This document shows, piece after piece, positions 17,058-25,374 of a stretch of 39,026 nucleotides of DNA. The DNA lies in NCBI GenBank assembly GCA_009785855.1, contig WQUG01000093.1, forward strand, positions 1-39,026, read 5' to 3'. Origin of the DNA: Actinomycetes bacterium (GTDB lineage Bacteria; Actinomycetota; Coriobacteriia; WRKU01; WQUG01). The position numbers and the translations under genes are program-made. The notes beneath the pieces are model-generated. The model saw nothing but the letters and a program-made list of their open reading frames with translations. It did not search any database and was not told the origin of the DNA. How positions within the stretch are numbered: the first letter of the stretch is position 1; each line of letters opens with the position of its first letter.

Positions 17058-18098
17058 CTAGCGAGCGCCCTGCAGGACCTTCTTCAGCACATCGATCTCC
17101 TCAAGCGCCTGGGCAGAGCCGTTCACGACGTTGATCAACGCACTCTCCGATACATAGACCGGCATCTTCGTTTCCTCCTTGAGGCGCTCGTCGAGACCCC
17201 GCAGCAAGGCTCCGCCTCCGGTGAGTACGACGCCGAACTCCATCAGATCGCTGGAGAGTTCCGGGGGAGTCTTCTCGAGCGTGCGCTTCACAGCGTCAAC
17301 GATCGCAGAGGTCGGGCCTTCCAGAGCCTCGCGGACCTCCTCGCTCTCCATCGTGATGGTGACGGGAAGCCCCGAGGTCAGATTGCGCCCCCGGATCTCA
17401 ACGTCGACCTCCTCGTCGAGCGGAAAAGCGCTTCCGATCTCGAACTTGATCTCTTCTGCGGTGCGCTCGCCGATCAGCACGTTATAGGCACGACGCACAT
17501 AGTCGACGATAGCCTCATCGAACTCATCACCCGCGATGCGCAGGCTGGTAGAAACGACGATCCCTCCCAGACTGATGACGGCGATCTCTGTCGTGCCGCC
17601 GCCGATGTCGATCACCATCGAGCCGGTCGGATCCTGGATCGGAAGTCCCGCGCCGATCGCTGCCGCCATGGGCTCCTCGATGAGGAAGGCATGGCGCGCA
17701 CCAGCTGTCATGGTAGCCTCGAAGACCGCGCGTTTCTCCACCTCGGTGACTCCAGAGGGCACACAGACCACCACGCGGGGCTTGGGCTGGAACAGGAACT
17801 TCCGTTCACGGACCTGGTTGATGAAGTAGCGCAGCATGGCCTCGGTCACGTTGAAGTCTGCGATGACGCCGTTCTTGAGCGGCCGGGTCGCGACGATCGA
17901 TCCCGGAGTCCGCCCGATCATGCGCTTCGCTTCCTTGCCGACTGCCAGGACACGCCCCGAATCCTGTTCGATGGCGACGACGGAGGGCTCGACCAACACG
18001 ATGCCCTTTCCGCGGATGGACACGAGAGTGTTCGCAGTACCAAGATCGACGGCGATGTCATTGCCCATCGACTTATAGAACAGATCGCTCAAAGACAC
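17058..18098 (-). CDS. mreB: actin-like rod shape-determining protein MreB
   Basis: The GTG start at 18098 is preceded by GAGGAG. Motifs include [39 protein letters not shown] and [11 protein letters not shown]. Confidence 0.97.
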   Translation of the reverse strand: MSLSDLFYKSMGNDIAVDLGTANTLVSIRGKGIVLVEPSVVAIEQDSGRVLAVGKEAKRMIGRTPGSIVATRPLKNGVIADFNVTEAMLRYFINQVRERKFLFQPKPRVVVCVPSGVTEVEKRAVFEATMTAGARHAFLIEEPMAAAIGAGLPIQDPTGSMVIDIGGGTTEIAVISLGGIVVSTSLRIAGDEFDEAIVDYVRRAYNVLIGERTAEEIKFEIGSAFPLDEEVDVEIRGRNLTSGLPVTITMESEEVREALEGPTSAIVDAVKRTLEKTPPELSSDLMEFGVVLTGGGALLRGLDERLKEETKMPVYVSESALINVVNGSAQALEEIDVLKKVLQGAR

Positions 18099-18198
18099 AC
18101 AGGTCTCCTCTTCCCTTGTTGGCGTTTCGGGTGATTCAATAGTATCGTCGCAGGACCCCGGGGCGCCTGAAGCGTTCTGGAGCTGTTACCACCTGTTG

Positions 18199-18603
18199 TT
18201 ATGAGCCGAAGAAGAGAGCGACCTCCCGGGCAGCGGACTCAACACTGTCCGAGCCATGGATGACGTTCGCATCGGTGATCAGGCCGAAGTCACCCCGTAT
18301 CGTCCCCGGCGCAGCCTCTGCCGGATTCGTCGGACCCATAAGCGTGCGACACTTCCCGACAGCTCCCTCGCCGGACAGGACCATCTTCACGACCGGACCT
18401 GAGGTGATGAACGCGATCAGGTCATCATAGAAGGGCTTGCCTCTGTGCTCCTGATAATTGCCCTCTGCCTGCTCCCGGGTCAGAACGCCCAGCTCCAGGC
18501 GTTCGATACACAGCCCCGCATCCTCAAAGCGGCTGATGATGCGACCGATCTTACCCGCAGCGACCGCATCGGGCTTGATCATGGCGTAGGTTGTTTCCTT
18601 CAT
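18199..18603 (-). CDS. ndk: nucleoside diphosphate kinase
   Basis: 134 aa with TYAMIKPDAV and GTIRGDFG...NVIHGSDS (active-site His region). Confidence 0.97.
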   Translation of the reverse strand: MKETTYAMIKPDAVAAGKIGRIISRFEDAGLCIERLELGVLTREQAEGNYQEHRGKPFYDDLIAFITSGPVVKMVLSGEGAVGKCRTLMGPTNPAEAAPGTIRGDFGLITDANVIHGSDSVESAAREVALFFGS

Positions 18604-18627
18604 CTGGAACGATCCTTTCGATTCATG

Positions 18628-19920
18628 TCAGTACCCGCCGCTGATCGCGGAGACTTTCCATCCGGTGTTGACCCGCTCGAACGTGATCCTGAAGCCGCTC
18701 TTCGCCCCGGTGCCCGAGCGGACCGACACCTTCGCCGTGCTGGTCAGGGGCCCTGTTTCGAACGAGTCGATCGTATAGTGGGTCGGAAGCGGAAGCGCTG
18801 ACATCTGCCGGTTGATCTCTGAAGCATCATCGGTCCAGTAGGATCCGAAGCTGCCCCCGGTGTTATAGGCGCTGATCAGAGCATCGAGCGTCGTGGTGCG
18901 CGAGGGTATGCCGAAGCCAGTGAGCACCGTGTAGGCGACAGCGCCGCCAAGCACGAGCAGCACCACAACGATGATCAGCAGCGGTCGAAGCCTGCGCAGG
19001 AGGCCCCGGGAGCGCCGGAGCTCCTCCTTGCCCTGCTGGACGATCTCCTTGTCAGTAAGCGCGAAGAAGTTGTCCACCTCATCCAGGTTGCCGATCTGAC
19101 CTGTCGATCCATCCGGCAGGTCTTCAGGATCTGCAGAAGCGCCGTCTGCGGACCCCGGTACCGCAGGATCTCCCGGCATCGGCTGCTGAGCTTGTGTGAC
19201 CGGCTCCTCCCGTTCGATCCCCTGCTCCAACTTCGTCTGACAATCCGCCAGCGCGTCGATGGCCGCCTGACTCAGCGGGTAGTGGCGCATGACCTGTGCT
19301 TCTTCAAGCGCTCGCTTCGCTGCGGCGAGTTCACCTTGCGCATAGGAGGCCATCCCGAGGTTCGCCAGGGCCTTGCCCCGGTTGGTGTAGCCTTCGACGC
19401 CCAGGGCCGCCTGATAGGCCTCGGCTGCAGACTTCGGCTGCCCGAGCGCCATCAGGCAGAGTCCCAGGTTCACCAGAGCGGCCCCCGGGTTCGGATTGCC
19501 CTCGTCAAGGGCTGCGTTCTTGTTCGCCAGCGCCGCCTGCTCGAAGGCCCGCTGTTTGAAGTATACCTGGGCCAGGCCCTGATGACTCCGGTAGTGCTCC
19601 TTCGTCGAGGCCTCGCCCAGGGCCGCCTCGAAATGGGCAAGGGCCTGGCTCAGATCGCCGTGCTTGAGATAGGCGTTGCCGAGACTGTTCTCGACGGCGC
19701 CCCGCTTCTGATAGCTGTCGTCACGCAAGGCCTGCTCGAAGACCACGATGGCGTCATGATAGCGCGCCAGACGCATGAAGCAGTTCCCGGCGCCATGGTA
19801 GGCCATCCCGTTCTCAAGAGGTGTTCCCTTGTCGGCGGCCTCAAGGAAGAGACGCGCCGCCTTCCGGTAGTTCTTCTCGCGATACAGCTGGTTGGCTGCC
19901 TCGTATTTGACTCTGTCCAC
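18628..19920 (-). CDS. TPR-repeat protein with a single TM helix and a small C-terminal extracytoplasmic domain
   Basis: The GTG start is preceded by GGAAGG. The N-terminal ~230 aa are TPR-like (repeated A-x-x-x-Y/F...A...G-N patterns). This is followed by a Pro/Asp-rich linker, the TM helix LRPLLIIVVVLLVLGGAVAYTVL, and a ~95-aa C-terminal domain. Confidence 0.75.
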   Translation of the reverse strand: MDRVKYEAANQLYREKNYRKAARLFLEAADKGTPLENGMAYHGAGNCFMRLARYHDAIVVFEQALRDDSYQKRGAVENSLGNAYLKHGDLSQALAHFEAALGEASTKEHYRSHQGLAQVYFKQRAFEQAALANKNAALDEGNPNPGAALVNLGLCLMALGQPKSAAEAYQAALGVEGYTNRGKALANLGMASYAQGELAAAKRALEEAQVMRHYPLSQAAIDALADCQTKLEQGIEREEPVTQAQQPMPGDPAVPGSADGASADPEDLPDGSTGQIGNLDEVDNFFALTDKEIVQQGKEELRRSRGLLRRLRPLLIIVVVLLVLGGAVAYTVLTGFGIPSRTTTLDALISAYNTGGSFGSYWTDDASEINRQMSALPLPTHYTIDSFETGPLTSTAKVSVRSGTGAKSGFRITFERVNTGWKVSAISGGY

Positions 19921-19934
19921 CGCGCGACCTTCCG

Positions 19935-21995
19935 TTAATCGTGTGCCCGGGAGGCTTCGTAGTCGGCGATCAGTTTCTTCTGCACTTCTGCAGGGACCTG
20001 TTCGTAGCCGGCGACCTCGATGGTATAGACGCCGGTCCCGTGCGAGAGAGAGCGCAGATGGGGCGAGTAGTTCGCGACCTCGGCGTAAGGCGCGACCGCG
20101 TTGATCTCCTGCATACCGGTCGAGGCAGCCCCCATACCAAGGACCCGTCCCCGCAGGCTGCTGATGTCACCCATGACCGTCCCGGCATACTCGTCGGGTA
20201 CCGTGATCGTCAGGTTCGCCATCGGCTCAAGGATGACCGGAGCTGCCTGTTCGGCGGCGGCGCGAAAGCCGATCCGGGCAGCCGTGCGGAAGGCCATCTC
20301 GTTGCTGTCGACCGCGTGGTAGCTGCCGTCATAGACCGCGATCTTCACGTCGACCACCGGGTATCCGGCGATCACCCCCTGCTGCATCGTCTCCTGAACG
20401 CCCTTATCCACCGCGGGTATGAACTGACGCGGGATCCTGCCGCCCACGACCTCGTCGAGGAACTCATAGCCCTCGCCGGGGTTCGGTTCGATTCGCAGCC
20501 AGCAGTCGCCGAACTGTCCGGAACCGCCGCTCTGCTTCTTGTGGCGCCCCTGCGCCTGAGCGGTCTTCCGTACGGTCTCCCGATAGGGGATGCGCAGCTC
20601 ATCGAGCTGCGTCTCTACATGATAGCGGTCGCGCAGGCGTGCGACGATGACATCGACTGCGGTGTCCCCGTAGGTCTTCAGCACCGTCTGGTGGGTCTCC
20701 TCGCTGCGCTCAAGCTCGATCGTGGGGTTCTCGTCAACGATCGCCTTCAGCGCGGTCCCCAGCTTGTCCTCGTCGGCCTTCGTCTTGGCGACGATGGCTA
20801 CCGGATAGAGCGGTTCCGGGAAGGGGATCGGCGCAAGCTCGACCTTTCCGGAGGTCGAGAGGGTGTCAGACGTCAGAACAGAGCTGAGCTTCGGCAGAAC
20901 GATGAGGTCGCCTGGCTGGACCGGGCCGGACAAGGTCTTCGTCTCCTTACCGACCATCATGACCACATGGGCGGCGCGCTCCTTGTTGCCGGTGCGCGAG
21001 TCGATGAACTCATCACCGTCCTTGATGCTGCCCGAGAGTACCTTGACGAAACTCAAGCGCCCCACATAGGGATCGCTCAGGGTCTTGAAGACGAAACCCG
21101 TGAAGCCCGCAGAGGGGGACGGATCGAAGACCGTGCCATCGGCAAGCAGGGGCGCCGGACCCTGATCCGGACGGGGGAAGTAGTCGACGATGGCCTGCAG
21201 GAGGTCATCGATACCGGCCATCTTCGTCACCGATCCCGCGAAGACCGGCACGACCGTTCCTGCCGCGACCGCGGTATCCAGCAGGCGATCCAGCTCTTCG
21301 AGGGTGATCTCCTCCCCCTCCAGATACTTCACCATAAGCTCCTCGTCGGCATCCGCCGTGCTGTCGACCAGAGCGTCACGCGCCTTGGCGGCGCGCTCGA
21401 CCATGTCCTCAGGGATCTCGCAGGGTTTCTCCGGATCCTTATGGTAGAAGGCCTGCTGGCGGATCACGTCGACCACGCCCTCCAGGCCCTCCTCGGCCCC
21501 GATGGGGATCTGGACCGGGACGACGGCCTTTCCATAGCGGGAGCGCAGCGTCGCGAAGGTCGCGGAGAAATCCGCGTGCTCCTTGTCCATGCGGTTGATG
21601 AATATCGCGCGCGGGATGCCCATCTCGGTCGCGATCTGCCAGAGACGGTCGGTCATGACCTGGGGGCCGCCCACCGCATCGACCACGAACAGCGCCATCT
21701 CTGCCGCCTTCATGCCGGCGATCGCATCCCCGATGAAGTCAGCATAGCCCGGGGTATCGATGAGGTTGATCCTGACCCCTTTGTAGGTCAGCGGGGCCAG
21801 CGAGAGGTTGATCGTGAACTTACGCTCGATCTCCTCGCTGTCATAGTCAAGATGGCTCTGTCCGGCGTCGACGTTGCCGAAGCGCGGTGTCACCTTGGTG
21901 TAGTAGAGCAGCGCCTCAGCGAGCGAGGTGGTCCCTGCTCCGCCGTGGCCGACCAGAGCGATGTTCCTGAGTTTCCCAGTTGCGGCGTCCGCCAT
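19935..21995 (-). CDS. elongation factor G paralog (EF-G2-like) with divergent GTPase motifs
   Basis: 686 aa with the full five-domain EF-G architecture by length and motif order. G1 is GHGGAGTTS, G3 is DTPGY and G4 is NRMD. The N-terminus resembles EF-G2-type proteins (VGHxGxG.T.LxEALLY). Confidence 0.88.
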   Translation of the reverse strand: MADAATGKLRNIALVGHGGAGTTSLAEALLYYTKVTPRFGNVDAGQSHLDYDSEEIERKFTINLSLAPLTYKGVRINLIDTPGYADFIGDAIAGMKAAEMALFVVDAVGGPQVMTDRLWQIATEMGIPRAIFINRMDKEHADFSATFATLRSRYGKAVVPVQIPIGAEEGLEGVVDVIRQQAFYHKDPEKPCEIPEDMVERAAKARDALVDSTADADEELMVKYLEGEEITLEELDRLLDTAVAAGTVVPVFAGSVTKMAGIDDLLQAIVDYFPRPDQGPAPLLADGTVFDPSPSAGFTGFVFKTLSDPYVGRLSFVKVLSGSIKDGDEFIDSRTGNKERAAHVVMMVGKETKTLSGPVQPGDLIVLPKLSSVLTSDTLSTSGKVELAPIPFPEPLYPVAIVAKTKADEDKLGTALKAIVDENPTIELERSEETHQTVLKTYGDTAVDVIVARLRDRYHVETQLDELRIPYRETVRKTAQAQGRHKKQSGGSGQFGDCWLRIEPNPGEGYEFLDEVVGGRIPRQFIPAVDKGVQETMQQGVIAGYPVVDVKIAVYDGSYHAVDSNEMAFRTAARIGFRAAAEQAAPVILEPMANLTITVPDEYAGTVMGDISSLRGRVLGMGAASTGMQEINAVAPYAEVANYSPHLRSLSHGTGVYTIEVAGYEQVPAEVQKKLIADYEASRAHD

Positions 21996-22127
21996 TATGC
22001 CTCCCGTTCGTCAAACTTACCTTGTCCAGTATAAAACAAGAACACGTTAAACTGGGTCTCTCTCGACAAATTGAGCATGAAAACCGGCAGGCGCCCAATT
22101 CTGCGAAAGATCTCCCGTGGCTTATCG

Positions 22128-22133
22128 TATAAT
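22128..22133 (+). promoter_or_regulatory. candidate -10 box (TATAAT) for tRNA-Arg
   Basis: A perfect TATAAT lies 15 nt upstream of the mature tRNA 5' end. I see no convincing -35 element. Confidence 0.3.
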
Positions 22134-22148
22134 GAAACAGCTGAAAGA

Positions 22149-22225
22149 GCCCTCATAGCTCAGATGGATAGAGCGTCTGCCTCCGGAGCAGAAGGCCGCA
22201 GGTTCGAATCCTGTTGAGGGCACCA
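22149..22225 (+). tRNA. tRNA-Arg (anticodon CCG), CCA encoded
   Basis: Folded by hand. The acceptor stem GCCCTCA/TGAGGGC pairs. The D arm is GCTC/GAGC. The anticodon stem is TCTGC/GCAGA with loop CTCCGGA. The T arm is GCAGG-TTCGAAT-CCTGT. The discriminator is A, followed by CCA. Confidence 0.9.
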
Positions 22226-22233
22226 AAGCTGCA
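22206..22233 (+). repeat. direct repeat copy 1 (tRNA-Arg T-loop to CCA plus 8 nt)
   Basis: gaatcctgttgagggcaccaaagctgca, identical to 22333-22360. Confidence 0.95.
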
Positions 22234-22263
22234 AGGTCCTGAACGGATTCGAACCGGAAGGTC

Positions 22264-22286
22264 AAAACGGTCCAGCGGACCGTTTT
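22264..22286. terminator. perfect 10-bp hairpin with A/T-run arms (possible bidirectional terminator after the tRNA)
   Basis: aaaacggtcc, loop agc, ggaccgtttt. The T-run on the plus strand and the A-run arm give U-tracts in both orientations. Confidence 0.5.
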
Positions 22287-22332
22287 GGGCCGAGCGCAAG
22301 CGAGGTCTTCGCGGATTGCGAAGCAAGACGCG

Positions 22333-22360
22333 GAATCCTGTTGAGGGCACCAAAGCTGCA
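22333..22360 (+). repeat. direct repeat copy 2 (orphan duplicate of the tRNA-Arg 3' end)
   Basis: Perfect 28/28 match to 22206-22233. There is no matching 5' acceptor strand (GCCCTCA) upstream, so it is not a second tRNA gene. Confidence 0.95.
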
Positions 22361-22398
22361 GACACCATCTTCACCTTGTCCCACACAGAAAGGCTGAT

Positions 22399-23349
22399 TT
22401 GCCTGCCACCCGCGTCATCATAAACCCCAACGCCCAGCACGGCGTCACCTCGCGCCTGATCGACGCGGTCCGCGGACTGTTCGCGGAAACTGACGCCGAG
22501 GTAGTGGTGACCGAAGCACCCCGCCACGCCACCGAGCTTGCCCGCGAAAGCGCCGGGATCTCGCGGGTGATCGCCGTTGGCGGGGACGGGACGATCAGCG
22601 AGGTCATCAACGGACTCATGGGGATCGAGCAGGACGCGCGTCCTGCTCTCGGTATCATCCCGAGCGGATCGGGCAACGACATCGCGCGGCTCTGCGGCAT
22701 CCCCACGGGGCTCTCCCGGGCCTTTCCTGTCCTGCAAAACGGCGTCCCGCGGTCCTTCGATGTCGGGATATGTAACGACCGCTTCTTCTTCAGCAGCTTC
22801 TCGGTCGGGCTGGACGCGCTCGTCGTCGCCAAGACCATCGAATATAAGGAGCGCCCGCACGGTTCAGGGCTGGCCCTCTACGTCCGCGCCCTGCTCTCCA
22901 CCGCTTTCTTCAACCTCCACTCGATCCGGCTGATCATCGCTTACGACGATGAACCCGCCTCAGGGCACGAAGTGATACTGTGCGCGACGACCAACGGCAC
23001 GACCTACGGCGGCGGTATCAGGATCAACCCCTGGGCAGAGCCTGACGACGGTCTGCTGGCGAGCTCTGTGGTGGCTGATATCAAGAAGCTGAAGCTGCTG
23101 ATCGCCCTGCCGCTTCTGGCCATCGCCCGGCAGAAGCTCCTCAGAGAGTATCAGGGGCGCGACTGTCGCACCGTACATATCAGCACGCCTGACAGGGTCC
23201 CGGTCATCGCGCAAGCCGACGGCGAGATATTCTCCGCCGAACGCTTTGAAGTCGGGATCCTGCCAGGAGCGCTGCGGGTGATCGTCCCGGCAGGGCACGG
23301 GGCCGCATCGTGCGATGCGACCCCTGTTCCTCGTGGCTGTCGATCCTAG
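22399..23349 (+). CDS. diacylglycerol-kinase-family lipid kinase (YegS/DagK-like)
   Basis: The TTG start at 22399 is preceded by GAAAGG. Motifs include VIINPNA, VIAVGGDGTISEVINGL and IIPSGSGNDIAR. Confidence 0.8.
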   Translation: MPATRVIINPNAQHGVTSRLIDAVRGLFAETDAEVVVTEAPRHATELARESAGISRVIAVGGDGTISEVINGLMGIEQDARPALGIIPSGSGNDIARLCGIPTGLSRAFPVLQNGVPRSFDVGICNDRFFFSSFSVGLDALVVAKTIEYKERPHGSGLALYVRALLSTAFFNLHSIRLIIAYDDEPASGHEVILCATTNGTTYGGGIRINPWAEPDDGLLASSVVADIKKLKLLIALPLLAIARQKLLREYQGRDCRTVHISTPDRVPVIAQADGEIFSAERFEVGILPGALRVIVPAGHGAASCDATPVPRGCRS

Positions 23350-24881
23350 GAGCGCTTGATCTGGCGCTTGCTGCGCCGCAGACCCACGATCATCACCGCA
23401 AGAACGCCGCCAGAGAACGCCAGCGCGACCGCGACGGTCCCACCCTGCGTATCACCGGTCTGTGGGAGGGCCAGCAGGGGTTCGGACTTGGGCTTGGCCG
23501 TCGGCGATGCCGTCTCTGATACGACCGGTGGCTTCGTCTCTTCGACCGGTGACTCGACGGGCGGCTCAGCGGCTTTCTCAAACGTTGCCGTGAACGAACC
23601 GATGACCATCAGGCCGTTGGCGTCGGTGGCGCTGATGGTGAATTCGAAAGCGCCTTCCTCTGACGTCGTGCCGACCAGACGGCCCGTCGTCGGATCCAGC
23701 GTGATGCCTGTCGGTAACGTGCCGCTTTCCAGCGCATAGCTCACGGGAGTGAAGGTCGGGACGCTGGGGTCGTCGACCGAATAGCTGAACGTGGCGAGCG
23801 CCTCGTCGAGGGTCGTGTCAGTCGGGTAACTCAAGCCAGCGTCATCGTTCATATCAACGGTAGCCACCGGGTAGAACGAATAGGACCAGTCGGAGGAATC
23901 CACATACCATTCATAGTAGGTGAAATCAGTGAACGCCGGTACGGAAGACAGATCCATACCCCAACTGCTCAGATCGGTGTCGCGGTACAGATCGGTGGCA
24001 TCGAAGGTGATCGGGCCGGTGTCAGCGCCCGAGGCAGTAGAGGCCGGTCCCCCGGTGGGGCTGATCGGTCGGTCAGCCGGATCTGCAGTGAACGTATCTT
24101 GATCTGCCGACGCAAGCAGAACATCAGAGCCCAGAACATCCTGACCGCCGAGATAGCGCTGCGATGCCGTCGGTACGCCACTGAAGTCGCTGATGTGGTT
24201 GTATGACAGGTTCAGGATCGAGAAGGTGGTGCTGGGTAGCTGGGCGATGATGTCGTTACCGAAGTTGTTCCCGTTGAGATAGAGCATCGACAGCTTCGTC
24301 AAGCTGCTCAGGCCGGGCAGATCGGAAAGGGCGCTGTAGTTAAGCGAGAGCGACGTAAGGTTCGTGAACGTCCCAAGCCCGATGATCTGTGTCGTCGCAA
24401 CATCATAGGAGCTGTTGTTGAATCTCAAGATGATGAGATCGTTCGCCAAAGGCGTAAGCGGCGTCAGATCGACCACGCCGCTGGGCGTGGTATAACTCTG
24501 GATGTTGATCGAGTTCACCTCAGACATCTGGCCCAGTGGCGTCAGATCGCTGATAGTGACCTCGGCGAAGGTCACGCTCCCGATCTGCTTGGCGTACTGC
24601 AGACCCTCGAAGCTCGTGATCCCTGGATACGAGGCGCCGGGGCTTATGTTGCCCGTCATGTTGGCAAGTTCCGCCGCACTGATCGGTGTGGTAGCAGGGC
24701 GCGCTGGCGTGAACTTGTTCGCGTTGAGGTAGGCTTGGAGCTGCGGATCGGGTACCACGTTAGTATCGCCCACCGCGGCGTAGGCGAAACTTGTCGTCGA
24801 CGCAAGCAAGGCTACCGTGGTCACGATGACCAGACAGAGCTTCGCCAGACGTGCGACTTTGTTCTTCACGGTTCTCTTCAT
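23346..24881 (-). CDS. LPXTG-anchored leucine-rich-repeat surface protein with an Ig-like (He_PIG-type) domain
   Basis: The ORF is trimmed to the ATG at 24881, preceded by GGAGAAGGAA. It has a signal peptide (MKRTVKNKVARLAKLCLVIVTTVALLASTTSFAYA) and LRR units (LTSLSLNYSALSDLPGLSSLTKLSMLYLNGNNF, LNLSYNHISDF). It also has LESGTLPTGITLDPTTGRLVG...ATDANG and a C-terminal LPQTGD + hydrophobic helix + RRSKRQIKRS sorting signal. Confidence 0.85.
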   Translation of the reverse strand: MKRTVKNKVARLAKLCLVIVTTVALLASTTSFAYAAVGDTNVVPDPQLQAYLNANKFTPARPATTPISAAELANMTGNISPGASYPGITSFEGLQYAKQIGSVTFAEVTISDLTPLGQMSEVNSINIQSYTTPSGVVDLTPLTPLANDLIILRFNNSSYDVATTQIIGLGTFTNLTSLSLNYSALSDLPGLSSLTKLSMLYLNGNNFGNDIIAQLPSTTFSILNLSYNHISDFSGVPTASQRYLGGQDVLGSDVLLASADQDTFTADPADRPISPTGGPASTASGADTGPITFDATDLYRDTDLSSWGMDLSSVPAFTDFTYYEWYVDSSDWSYSFYPVATVDMNDDAGLSYPTDTTLDEALATFSYSVDDPSVPTFTPVSYALESGTLPTGITLDPTTGRLVGTTSEEGAFEFTISATDANGLMVIGSFTATFEKAAEPPVESPVEETKPPVVSETASPTAKPKSEPLLALPQTGDTQGGTVAVALAFSGGVLAVMIVGLRRSKRQIKRS

Positions 24882-24946
24882 TATTCCTTCTCCCTTTCTC
24901 CCCCTCCACAGACGATCCTGCTGTGCCGGATCGAACTGCGGCTTAT

Positions 24947-24955
24947 ATTGTAGCA
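24947..24955 (-). promoter_or_regulatory. candidate extended -10 promoter (TGCTACAAT) for the LRR protein gene
   Basis: The minus strand reads aaaaTGcTACAATataag in the AT-rich stretch ~70 nt upstream of the ATG. Confidence 0.35.
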
Positions 24956-25038
24956 TTTTAGTCGAGGTACATGGGAATAATGTTTAATGATTGAAATATT
25001 ATTTCGAAGGTCAGAGCGTAGGAGTAAGGAGCGCTCAT

Positions 25039-25075
25039 ATAAAAAGGGGGGTCGCACCTCTGGGTGCGACCCCCC
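25039..25075 (-). terminator. rho-independent terminator downstream of the ferredoxin gene
   Basis: A 13-bp perfect GC-rich stem (ggggggtcgcacc / ggtgcgacccccc) with a 4-nt loop. On the minus strand it is followed by TTTTTAT. It lies 24 nt after the ferredoxin stop. Confidence 0.85.
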
Positions 25076-25098
25076 TGCTGAGAGAACGTCGGGCGCGT

Positions 25099-25275
25099 TC
25101 AGTCCATCGACAGCGCGCCACTGGGGCAGTCATCCACGCAGATACCGCACTCGATGCAGTCATCCGGACGTGCGAGCACCGCGACGTCGGTGAGGTCATA
25201 ACAGCCGTTGGGGCAATCATCGACGCAGGTACCACAGGCGGTACACAGGTCCTTGTTTACGACGGGTACTGACAT
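25099..25275 (-). CDS. 2x[4Fe-4S] ferredoxin (58 aa)
   Basis: Hand translation gives MSVPVVNKDLCTACGTCVDDCPNGCYDLTDVAVLARPDDCIECGICVDDCPSGALSMD. It contains two CxxCxxCxxxCP motifs. It is below the track's 60-aa cutoff, and a strong terminator follows. Confidence 0.88.
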   Translation of the reverse strand: MSVPVVNKDLCTACGTCVDDCPNGCYDLTDVAVLARPDDCIECGICVDDCPSGALSMD

Positions 25276-25374
25276 GTTCCTATCCTTTCTCTCGCAGAAA
25301 CATCAGCTTCTCTTTCCTTGCTATGGTACCACGTTTCGCCCGATGCGAGGTCGGCGCTCTGTTAGTATGAGTGT

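Noticed and set aside
19941-22034. 697-aa plus-strand ORF spanning the whole EF-G paralog locus
   Set aside because: It is exactly antisense to a gene with clear EF-G motifs. Its product is Arg/Asp/Gly/Leu-rich with no recognisable motif. This is the typical stop-codon-poor antisense frame of a high-GC gene.
22234-22332. Possible second (minus-strand) tRNA or tRNA pseudogene in the spacer between the 28-nt repeats
   Set aside because: Only a T-loop-like word (ggttcgaatcc on the minus strand) is present. The flanking T-stem pairs at just 3 of 5 positions. No acceptor, D or anticodon arms can be built. I treat it as a fragment at most.
22153-22860. 235-aa minus-strand ORF overlapping the tRNA-Arg gene and the lipid kinase 5' end
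   Set aside because: It runs through a well-folding tRNA and is antisense to a gene with the GGDGT lipid-kinase motif. There is no coding signature.
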